Below are positions 1-8,810 of a stretch of 64,000 bases of DNA, piece after piece. The first letter of the stretch is position 1. Every line of letters begins with the position of its first letter. The position numbers and the translations under genes are program-made. Origin of the DNA: an uncultured Verrucomicrobiae bacterium (GTDB taxonomy: Bacteria; Verrucomicrobiota; Verrucomicrobiia; Limisphaerales; Palsa-1400); assembly GCA_963702845.1 (NCBI GenBank), contig OY969763.1, forward strand, positions 2,912,001 through 2,976,000. The letters run 5' to 3'. The notes under the pieces are model-generated. The model ran no database searches. It was given only the letters and a program-made list of their open reading frames with translations, and was not told the origin of the DNA.

Positions 1-140
1 GCCGGACCACGAAACCGGACACGAATCGTTCCCCTGTGCCGATTATTATACAGAGCGTAATTGGTGACAATTTGATTCAAAGGTGCGCCCGGGTGCGGCT
101 ACGAACCGGATGTGACCGGTCAAATAGGAAGGGATGACTG

Positions 141-506
141 TCATCGGTCCGAGGTCCGAAAGGTCAGTCCTCCGAGGGGTGAGTGACTCATTCGCTCGTC
201 TAACGTGGCAAAGGCTGGTGAGGTGAACGGCAGCAGCAGGTAAACCGTTGGACGATCAGGCCCGATCATGCCGTTGAAAACGCCGACGGTCGAAACGTCG
301 GCCCGGTTCAACGCCGGAACGCATGCATTTTTGAGATATTCGTCGAACCGTTTTTGCATCGCGCCCTGGCGCAGATGATACAGACGCAATTCATAAAACT
401 CGTGGGTGCCGGATGTCGAGGCTGGTTCAGCAGCGGAGGAACTTGAGTTGAATGCAACGGCTGCGGCCGAAGCAAACGCTGTCTTAACAAAATCACGCCT
501 TTTCAT
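141..506 (-). pseudogene. NIPSNAP-family protein with Tat signal, 3'-truncated
   Basis: Tat motif MKRRDFVK, followed by NIPSNAP-like FYELRLYHL...CVPALNRA...VGVF...TVYLLLPF. Family-like sequence stops at FATLDERM (~nt 190), and I saw no continuation in the shifted frame I checked. Confidence 0.65.
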
Positions 507-543
507 GGTTTATTGAAATCGATCTCTTGACTCATTCGACTCC

Positions 544-3444
544 TTATCGAGTGTTTTTATTTTCAAGCAAACGCGCAGTTTTAACCGTTTCAATCATTCG
601 CCGAAGATCGAGCACCGATTTATGTTTTGAGCCGAAATGTTTCACATAAACTCTCTCTGTCCGAAGAAAATACTTCTCCGCATCATTGTATCGGTTGTTT
701 TCCAAGTAAAACATACCCAAATGCATTAAGTCTCTTCCTACCTCTAGGTTATCTCGTCCGAAGACTACCTCGTCAATCGCAAGCGCCTCCGTCAGACATT
801 TTTCAGCTGCCGAGACATTGCCGAGGCCGGCTTCCGACGTGCATAGATTCACTAGATTTTTTGCATACTCGTGCGTTTTGCCAAAGCACGAGTAATTGAT
901 TGAAAGCGCCCGCTCGAAAACGTGCTTAGCTTCATCATAGCGCCGTCTCGCATTTAAGACGCGCCCCCAATTGTTTAACGTCGCGGCGATCGATGGATCA
1001 TTTTTCTGTCGAGCTGATTCTTGTATTTTGAGCGCCGAACGCAACAATGGCTCAGCTTCATCGAATTTTCCGGTATCAAGAAACAAAAACCCAAGATTGT
1101 TCGCATCACGTGCGACGATCGGATGAGCGTCACCATAAACCGTTGAATCGATTTCCAGTGCGCGGCGATAGAGAGATTCAGCTTCTTGCCATGCAGCAGG
1201 ACTTTCGCTTTCGACTGCCTGTTGGTGGCGGCAATATGCAAAATTCCCGACTACCGTGGCGAATGTCGGGCTATCGCTACCGAGTTTTTCTTCGAGTGCT
1301 CTGAGCGAGGTGCGAAGAAGCGTCTCCGCATTATCGGAACGATGGGTGCGGATTAGGATTAAGGCCAAGTTATTTAACACCGAGGCAAACACAATCGGAT
1401 CTTCAGGGTTGTTCCTACCCATAAGATCAAGCGCTCTGTTATGTAACTTTTCACCCTCGCAAAAATTTCCTCTGCTGTCGTAAATTTGCGCCATCATCGT
1501 GAGCGCTTTTACTGTAAGACTTCGACCTTTACTCGACGAAGCAACGTTTGCTTTGACGACTTGTTCACAAAGACGCTCAGCCTCCTCCAATTGACCAGCC
1601 TCAAGCAAAACCCACGCAAATGGTATTTGGTAGGTCGCCAAATCTAACGTTTCGGTCACGGAACCGTTTTTTATTTCAAGGGCCCTCCTTAATAACTCTT
1701 CTGCAGATTGAAACGCTCCGATTTCATAATAATAGACTCCCAAATACCCCTTTATATCCGCAATTACCGACTGGCCTTCATCCGGCAGGTGTTCTAATAC
1801 TGCATTGATCTGCGTCGCAAGATTGCTCCAGCCGAAATCTTCACGGTCTTGAATGTCGCCGGCAACTTTTGCGAGAAGCGACGCTGCGAACGCAGCCCAG
1901 TTCCTTCGTGCATCCGGCGTTAGTCGGTCAAGCAGCACAGCCTGGAGCAACCGGTGACAAGCCAAACCTTCAGTATCCAGCCTGATAAGCGAATGGCTAT
2001 GTAACTCAGCCAGGGCATCGCTTACAGTGCCTTCCGATTGCCCGAAAAAAGCAAACCCAAGAGAGTCACTTAATTGACGAAAATCTTTTATGTCCTGGTC
2101 AAATATCTCACGCGGAATCTCTTGCGGTGCTAAGAAGCCAATGACCTGAAGTAACGCCTTTGCGCAGGATGATATCCGCTCTTCGGAAACCAACCAAGTA
2201 GTCGCAACAGTTTGCTGGTATCCCGTCCCCCCCTGACTAGGAAACATAAGAATGCGCGCGCGAGAACGCTTTAATTCAGCCAAGTACTTATTAAGCGGTT
2301 CGCGGTGGGTTGCAATATACGCTCCAGCTTGCTCCAGCGCCAACGGCAAACACCCCAATTCGGTTGCGACGGCACGAGCGTCGACGTCATCACCAGGGTT
2401 GAACGCCGTTTTTTTCGAACGGCTCAATAAGAAATCAATCGCTGCTGGTTCAGGTAGAACGCTCACTTCGAAATCGGTATAGGTTACTGGCCAATTCGCC
2501 CTTCTTGAGGTCACGATCACATGTCCCCGAACATCAGGCGGAAGTAGGTGTGCAACGGCAAGACGCGTATCGTCGGTATCAACGTTGTCCAAAATCAACA
2601 GCCAACGTTCTTGTGATCGTAGCCATTTTATAACTTCACCGATGACTGAATTCTGTCCCTTGGCATCGACAGGCAACTCCAAAAGCATTGCCAAGTTTGC
2701 AATGCCAGCGCGTAGGTCAATTACCGAAGAACCGTTTACCCATAAGCCAAATTCGTAGTCTTTGTTATACCGCCACGCATATTCGATAGCCAATTGCGTT
2801 TTCCCAACACCGCCCAGACCATGAACGGCCTGAGGCTGAGTAATTGCGGCTGCACTCTTCAACTCGAACGCGGCTCTCAAACTTTGAAGTATCTCTTCAC
2901 GTCCCGTGAAAAACGGGTTTGGCGCAAATGGCAAGTTGTTCAAAAATCGTCTGACAGCGACAGCACCAGGAAACGGAGGACGAGAAGTTGATTGACCAGG
3001 AAATGGAGGTTTTGAACCGGGCTTTAAACGTTTGCCGGATACAGCAAAATCGATGGAAGATGTCAGCTTCTCAGTCGCTTCAACTTCGTTCAAGCCGACC
3101 AAATCTATGTAAACTATACTTTTAAATAGTCCCGGCGGACTAAAATCAACCACTCGAACCGTAATTAAATTTGCTACAGCAGATTGAGGATCGGTCGCAA
3201 ATGCCGCCGCCCATTCCGGTTGGCAGAACGCCGATTCAAAATATTGAGGAGTTAGCACGGCAATGGTCCGATTATCTTTCGATGCACCCGCCTGCATCTG
3301 AATTATAAAATTGGTGCCCGGCGTGAAGTCCCAATCCTGAAGTCGCACACTGTAACCATTGTGCTCCAAAACCCACGCAATCCACGTTGCCCATTCCGTG
3401 TCTTTGCCGCTGCGGCTAATGAAAAAATCTCTTCGATCTTCCAT
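544..3444 (-). CDS. TIR - NB-ARC (STAND ATPase) - TPR protein, NLR-like
   Basis: N-terminal TIR (DFFISRSGKD...WIAWVLE...QDWDF.PG.NF...FCQPEWAAAF with the catalytic-position Glu), Walker A HGLGGVGKT, Walker B WLLILDNVD, VIVTSR, GCLPLALEQAGAYI, CHRLLQ, then multiple ~42-aa TPRs (LNNLA/NNLG...AEPLLRSALKI). Confidence 0.92.
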   Translation of the reverse strand: MEDRRDFFISRSGKDTEWATWIAWVLEHNGYSVRLQDWDFTPGTNFIIQMQAGASKDNRTIAVLTPQYFESAFCQPEWAAAFATDPQSAVANLITVRVVDFSPPGLFKSIVYIDLVGLNEVEATEKLTSSIDFAVSGKRLKPGSKPPFPGQSTSRPPFPGAVAVRRFLNNLPFAPNPFFTGREEILQSLRAAFELKSAAAITQPQAVHGLGGVGKTQLAIEYAWRYNKDYEFGLWVNGSSVIDLRAGIANLAMLLELPVDAKGQNSVIGEVIKWLRSQERWLLILDNVDTDDTRLAVAHLLPPDVRGHVIVTSRRANWPVTYTDFEVSVLPEPAAIDFLLSRSKKTAFNPGDDVDARAVATELGCLPLALEQAGAYIATHREPLNKYLAELKRSRARILMFPSQGGTGYQQTVATTWLVSEERISSCAKALLQVIGFLAPQEIPREIFDQDIKDFRQLSDSLGFAFFGQSEGTVSDALAELHSHSLIRLDTEGLACHRLLQAVLLDRLTPDARRNWAAFAASLLAKVAGDIQDREDFGWSNLATQINAVLEHLPDEGQSVIADIKGYLGVYYYEIGAFQSAEELLRRALEIKNGSVTETLDLATYQIPFAWVLLEAGQLEEAERLCEQVVKANVASSSKGRSLTVKALTMMAQIYDSRGNFCEGEKLHNRALDLMGRNNPEDPIVFASVLNNLALILIRTHRSDNAETLLRTSLRALEEKLGSDSPTFATVVGNFAYCRHQQAVESESPAAWQEAESLYRRALEIDSTVYGDAHPIVARDANNLGFLFLDTGKFDEAEPLLRSALKIQESARQKNDPSIAATLNNWGRVLNARRRYDEAKHVFERALSINYSCFGKTHEYAKNLVNLCTSEAGLGNVSAAEKCLTEALAIDEVVFGRDNLEVGRDLMHLGMFYLENNRYNDAEKYFLRTERVYVKHFGSKHKSVLDLRRMIETVKTARLLENKNTR

Positions 3445-3659
3445 CGTTTATGTATCGTGCAGGCGACAATACCGTTTAGCAAGAATGCACGCCGACGAAT
3501 TTTACGAAACACATCGGGCGGCAGTCACAGATAACGGGCGGGGCGCTGGGGCAACCGACTCCACCCCCAAGGTTGCTTCCTGTGCCCACATGGCAGTGCT
3601 TGCGTTGTTTCCACTCAGACCAGTAGGATTTGCCCGGCAGCTTGCAACCAATATCAGCT

Positions 3660-5440
3660 ATGGCAAAAAAGACGAACAACAAGCGGTCAATGACGCCATT
3701 ATGGGTCATTGCCTCATTCGTTTCGCTGACCGAAATCGTAATTGGAGCGGCAGCAACGCAGACAACCGGTGAAATACAATCCCTGTTCACCAAGTTCGCT
3801 ATTGGTTTTCCTTGCGGTATCGCGTCGGCATTTTTTTTAGTTCTTTGGACCAAGCCGTACGTATTGTATTCCCCCACCGAATTCGGACCCAGCCAAGACG
3901 TCGAGAAATTTGTCGATGCGATGAAAGGCCTTAAAAGGAATTCGGAAATCGACACGTTGAGCGTCGAAGAGGAACGTGGGGTGTCAACAGGCGTGAATGC
4001 GACGGAGTCCAAACCGAAAGTCGAGACAAACAAACCGCAAGATGACAGTCGAGAAACCGATCCGGCACAACCGGAGTTACAATTGGATCATAGAACCAGG
4101 GTAGACTTCTATTTTTTCCTCGGCGATCTCGAGAAGGCCAAAAAAACTTTCGAGGAACTCCAAGCGGCGACAAAGGACCCAGAGTTGAAGATTGAGCATG
4201 AGGCATATTACTTACGAAACTCCTTTGAGAAGGGTGATGAAACGGCGTTAAAAAGCCTCCATCAGCTAGAGCTCAGGACCAAGGAATTCCCAACGAAGGT
4301 CGGCCTGATAAAGCGAATGCAGGGCTATTGCTATATGTTTTCCCGGACGTATAACTGCGCATTTGAATGTTTTAGCGAAGCATCAAAGCTGTGCGTGACA
4401 GCTGCGGGCCGCGCAGAGAGCGCTTGTTTAGCAGCTTCAGCGCTTTATAAACAGGATCAAAAACCCGAAGCGTTCAACTTCTTACGCCAACACTGCGAAA
4501 CCTCTAATGACGAAACCGCCAAGGTTGAATTGTACCGCGGATTAGCAGGCCTTTACGAGCTTGATGGTAACAAGCTCGCTAAGTGCCTCGCGTTGCTACG
4601 AGCACTGTCTTTTAGGCCAAATTCGAAGATCTAAGTTTTGATACAGCTTACGCCTCGGAAGAAGCAGGGTTCAAAGAACTTTCGGTTCTTTATTATGACA
4701 CAGTCATCACAATGGATCGCAAGCACGGCGCTGCGCTAAATAATTTGGGAGTTGCATACGCAAATTTGAGTGCACCGATTCTCGCTGTAGCAAAGTACAA
4801 AGCATCATTTGAGCACGGGAACACGCTCGCTGCTTCAAATCTAGCGTATATTTTGATTGACGCTGGCGATATCGAATCGGCTGCTAAAATTCTGGAAGAA
4901 GCCCAAAAGGATAAGCGTGTTCATGAAAACGTCAGGCACGCTTTGGTTAAAATCGAGGAGCTACGCCGCGAGAACGACGAAATCAAAACCAAATGCCTAA
5001 CTTATGCGGCCAAATTGAGCGAAGTTCTTCTTCAATATTCTGATGCATTTTTTGTGGCGAAACCTGCACATCTGAATATTGTTGGAACATGGGCAAGTGA
5101 AGACGGAAATCCGACTGAAATATCGTTCGACCCCACGAAGAACGTGATTGAGATTAAATGGGGTGAGGAGTTTTTAGTGGCCGGCGTAGCTACGGAAAAG
5201 TATCGCGTTCGCGGAACGCTTGAGGGATTAGCATCGAAGGCAGCAGTCGAATCGTGGACATTTTCCATTCTAGGCAGTGCTTCTTTTTTTGGAACTCCGA
5301 GCTCGGCCAAAGAGGAGTCGTTTAAACCATACGGAAATGCCTTCGTTTGCGTGTCGACAGATTCCAGCACCGTTAAAATTTTCCTAGAAAAGACTGATAG
5401 CCGACAGATTCGCACGATAACCCTAGTGAAGAAGGCGTAA
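3660..5440 (+). CDS. Membrane-anchored (2 TM) TPR protein; one frameshift near 4620 joins ORFs 3630-4634 and 4712-5440
   Basis: Two N-terminal hydrophobic helices ending in VLYSPTEF, an acidic linker and TPR helices. The shifted frame from 4625 reads EDLSFDTAYASEEAGFKELSVLYY...ALNNLGVAY, continuing the TPR register. Confidence 0.7.
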
Positions 5441-5589
5441 CGCAGTTTACACCCGCCGAGAGGCTTTCGGTTGATACAAGCGATAGCCGCACCGTAGCAG
5501 AATTGCTGGAAGAATATCGGACAGGGGTCAGTTAATGGCATTGTCATATTACCCAGCTCTTGCTCGTCGGTTTTTCACTCGAATTCCTT

Positions 5590-5811
5590 TTACCGCGCTC
5601 GGTGCGGTTCGCGTTTCATTATTAGGTCGTCGTTGAAAATTGTCACGATTTGGTAACCGTCCTTCGCCAAAGAATTCAAGGCAAGGTTCATGTAGAAAGC
5701 GCGTTCGTCGCAGCCGTCGGGGCGTTTGACGCTCTTTAGCTTGGACCAAATAAATTCGACTTCTCCACCGGGGCGAATCAAATGCATGTTTTCGCGGTAC
5801 GGATATTCCAA
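5590..5811 (-). CDS. Small hypothetical protein, possibly the C-terminal remnant of a longer gene
   Basis: Protein-like 73-aa ORF (RENMHLIRPGGEVEF...DERAFYMNLALNSLAKDGY) with a non-ATG start and no signal peptide. Confidence 0.4.
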   Translation of the reverse strand: MEYPYRENMHLIRPGGEVEFIWSKLKSVKRPDGCDERAFYMNLALNSLAKDGYQIVTIFNDDLIMKREPHRAR

Positions 5812-5862
5812 AACAATTCTAAAAACTGGATGGTGAAAGTTTTAGTGCGTGCATGCCGGCGG

Positions 5863-8280
5863 TTATTGAGGCGCGGTGACGTAGAAGCGACGCGGAATAC
5901 TTCCGGCGTTCGGGTCGGTGAATTGCACAATGGAGTTGGCTGCGGTGGCGGTGCCGATATTGACCCATGATCCGGACAAGAGGTTCGTGGAAGCGAACAG
6001 CACGTAGTTGCCGCCGGACGTGCCGGTGGCAGTGACGACTGCGCTGGTGCTGATGCGCGAAACGCTGAGGATGTCGTCGAACACAAAACGGTAGACCGAG
6101 CCACCGCCGCCGGGTCCGTTCGCCGAAGTAGTGCCATACAGATTGCCGTCCGGCCCAAAGATCGGCGGGCCGAATGGCTGTATGCCCGTGGCCGCAGTGT
6201 AAGCACTCAGGATAGAGCCTACTCCATTGGTCGAGCAGCGAAAGAGCACGCCATCATAGAGCGCATCGTATAGATAACCATCCACACCCGCGACGAGACT
6301 GCCAAATTGTTCGTTACCAAAATTGTTGGGGAACGCAAACACCGAGGTCAGCACCCCGTTCGTCGTGACCCGATAAATGCGCCGGGAGTTGGAAAAATTT
6401 CCAAAGCCGCCACCGTAAAACGCGCCATCAGCGCCACGCACCAGTCCGCCGCCGGGCTGGTAGCCATTGGTCAACATGAACGTGGCCACGGTATTGAATG
6501 CGCCGTTGGTATCAAAGCGGAAGATGGTGCCATTGCCATTGGTGCCGCCCGCAAAGCAGGTGCCGTACATAAAACCATCCCCGCCATCGAGCAAGGTGCC
6601 CTGCGGATTGGCGCCGTTGGTGGTATAGAAGACAAACAGCGTGGCCAAAGTAAAATTAGTGCCCGCGGGGTTGAGCCGGAAAACTGTTCCCTGACCGGAG
6701 TTGGTGCCGCCGTATTCGGTCGTCCCATAGAGGAGGGAGTCCGGACCGACGGCCAGGCCGCCGATGGGAGTGCCGCCATTGACGCTGTTGGTCAGCGTGA
6801 CAATCGTGCGGAAACCGCCGTTGGTGGTAACGCGGAACAAAGTGCCGACGTTTCCACCACCACCGCCGGAGGCCGATCCATAAAGCGCACCATCAGTGCC
6901 CACGCAGAGGCGGGCGAAGGGATTGATGCCGTTTGTCCCGCCAAACGTGGCTAACTGCGAATACGCGCCGGTCATCGTGATTCGAAATACGGTGCCGGCA
7001 TCGCCGGGCCCACCTAGAAAAGTGGTCCCGTAAAAAGCTCCATCTGGCCCGAGGGTGAGTTGTGATTCTGAATCTGCACCACCACTGATCAAAAATGGAG
7101 CGATCGGTGTGATCGAGCCATTCACAGGAACATTGTAAAACATCCCTTGGTTTGCGCTGCCGCCATCGGTCGTGACGCCGTAGAATTTGCCGTCGTTGGC
7201 GAGCGTCAGACCGCTGCCGGGACTGGAACCCTTAGCCAGAGAACTAAAGGTGTCCACGAGATGAATGACGCTATTGCTAAAAGTAGTGGTGTTGACGCTG
7301 AGCTGAAACACAGAACCGTCTCCCCCCGCGCCGGTCAGGCTCGTGCCGTAAAAATTGGTGCCGGAAAGCAGCGTCAAACCGCCGCGGGTCACGCCAGTGG
7401 AGTTAACGAAGAAAAAACTGGCGAGCACATTAAAACTGCCATCGGCGGCAAGGCGAAACGCGGTGCCTTGGTTATCACTGCCGCCGGATTGCAAGGTGCC
7501 GTAAACCGCACCATCACTGCCGAGCGTGAACGTGTTGCCCGGCACGGTGCCGACGGTATTGGTCAGACCGACAAGTTGCGTGAATGCACCGGCAGGTGTG
7601 ATGCGATAGAGTGTGCCGGCATTGTAAGCACCGGCCCCGTTGGCCGGCCCCACCGATGTGCCACTGTAAAAATTATTGTCCGACCCGAGGCACAGGGCTG
7701 TGTTGGGATTTGCGTTGGTCACGCCGAAAGAATAGAGCGTCGACAACGACCCGCCGGTGGTGATGCGAAACACCGTGCCTTTGCTGTTCACGCCGCCGTT
7801 GAACGTGGTGCCATAAAGCGCGAGGTCGGGCCCAAAAGTCAGACCCGTTTGGGGCGTTGCGCCGTGTGTGTTGTCGAAGGAATAAAGCAGCTTCAAAGCA
7901 CCGCCAATGGTGTAGCTGAAGACGGTGCCAAATCCGCCGTTGGTGCCGCCGATCTGCGTCGTGCCGTAGAGGGTGCCGTCCGAGCCCTGCACCAAAGTGC
8001 CCAACGGATTTGCCCCATTGGTCGTGAAAAATGAAGCCATGTTCGTCATCACTCCCGCCGGGGTCGCTCTATAAATACAGCCTTTGCCACCATCGCCGCC
8101 ACCGGGAGCCGTGCCGTAGAAATTGCCGTCCAATCCCTGCAGCAAACGCCCCTGCGGTTTTTCCGGACCGAGTTCAAAGGCATGCACCACCTGGATTTCG
8201 GCGCGCGCCAATACCGACGGTAATAAAAATAAACTAGCGATCAAGAGTGTCGTCTTTGGCGTCATCGTCCTGAGCATCAC
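5863..8280 (-). CDS. Secreted GloVer (TIGR03803-type) tandem-repeat protein with C-terminal FY-type domain
   Basis: Signal peptide, many repeats of L..G.DG.(L/F)YGTT..GG....GTVFR, and C-terminal ASTNL...W.......VQFTD......RRFY. Confidence 0.88.
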   Translation of the reverse strand: MMLRTMTPKTTLLIASLFLLPSVLARAEIQVVHAFELGPEKPQGRLLQGLDGNFYGTAPGGGDGGKGCIYRATPAGVMTNMASFFTTNGANPLGTLVQGSDGTLYGTTQIGGTNGGFGTVFSYTIGGALKLLYSFDNTHGATPQTGLTFGPDLALYGTTFNGGVNSKGTVFRITTGGSLSTLYSFGVTNANPNTALCLGSDNNFYSGTSVGPANGAGAYNAGTLYRITPAGAFTQLVGLTNTVGTVPGNTFTLGSDGAVYGTLQSGGSDNQGTAFRLAADGSFNVLASFFFVNSTGVTRGGLTLLSGTNFYGTSLTGAGGDGSVFQLSVNTTTFSNSVIHLVDTFSSLAKGSSPGSGLTLANDGKFYGVTTDGGSANQGMFYNVPVNGSITPIAPFLISGGADSESQLTLGPDGAFYGTTFLGGPGDAGTVFRITMTGAYSQLATFGGTNGINPFARLCVGTDGALYGSASGGGGGNVGTLFRVTTNGGFRTIVTLTNSVNGGTPIGGLAVGPDSLLYGTTEYGGTNSGQGTVFRLNPAGTNFTLATLFVFYTTNGANPQGTLLDGGDGFMYGTCFAGGTNGNGTIFRFDTNGAFNTVATFMLTNGYQPGGGLVRGADGAFYGGGFGNFSNSRRIYRVTTNGVLTSVFAFPNNFGNEQFGSLVAGVDGYLYDALYDGVLFRCSTNGVGSILSAYTAATGIQPFGPPIFGPDGNLYGTTSANGPGGGGSVYRFVFDDILSVSRISTSAVVTATGTSGGNYVLFASTNLLSGSWVNIGTATAANSIVQFTDPNAGSIPRRFYVTAPQ

Positions 8281-8485
8281 CGTATTTCAACCCTTATACA
8301 ATACACAACGCGCGCTAATTCCGTTCTGGCCGCGCAACGACGTGAAGGAACTAGTCGGGAATGTTGCTTGGTGGAGGTCGAAAAACTTTTTTGACGGAGG
8401 TATCCCCATAAACATGGGCGATTTTAATGTAACTGGGCAGGTGCGAAGGCGTTGCTCCGTTTCAGAGCCATTTTATTACACAACG

Positions 8486-8513
8486 TTGACACGCCGTAAC
8501 TTTACTCTATAAT
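8486..8513 (+). promoter_or_regulatory. Consensus sigma70 promoter TTGACA-N16-TATAAT
   Basis: ttgaca at 8486-8491 and tataat at 8508-8513. Confidence 0.6.
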
Positions 8514-8810
8514 CCCTTCGGCCGCTGGTCCTTACCGGCACTGGGGACCCGTTAAAAATGTGCAACTTACCCCCGTTCGTTCTTTGAAAACCGTAATAAA
8601 AGTGGGACTTAAACCCCACCAAAAGTGAGACAATGTGCGGGAATGTGGGGCAATGTGCGACTTTCCCGCAATATTTTCAGTGCGCATTGCGAGGCCGACG
8701 TTCGGCGCGAGGCGGACGTTGGCGACTACCCTAAAAAAGGGAGGGTGATTTGGGCATCGCGTAGCTTGTGACTGTTTTGGCTATCCGATAGTCTGCGGAT
8801 TCGAAACCCT

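Noticed and set aside
83..190. GTGCGCCCGG resembling a group II intron 5' end
   Set aside because: The downstream sequence does not continue with recognisable domain I motifs, and there is no RT ORF or domain V in the window.
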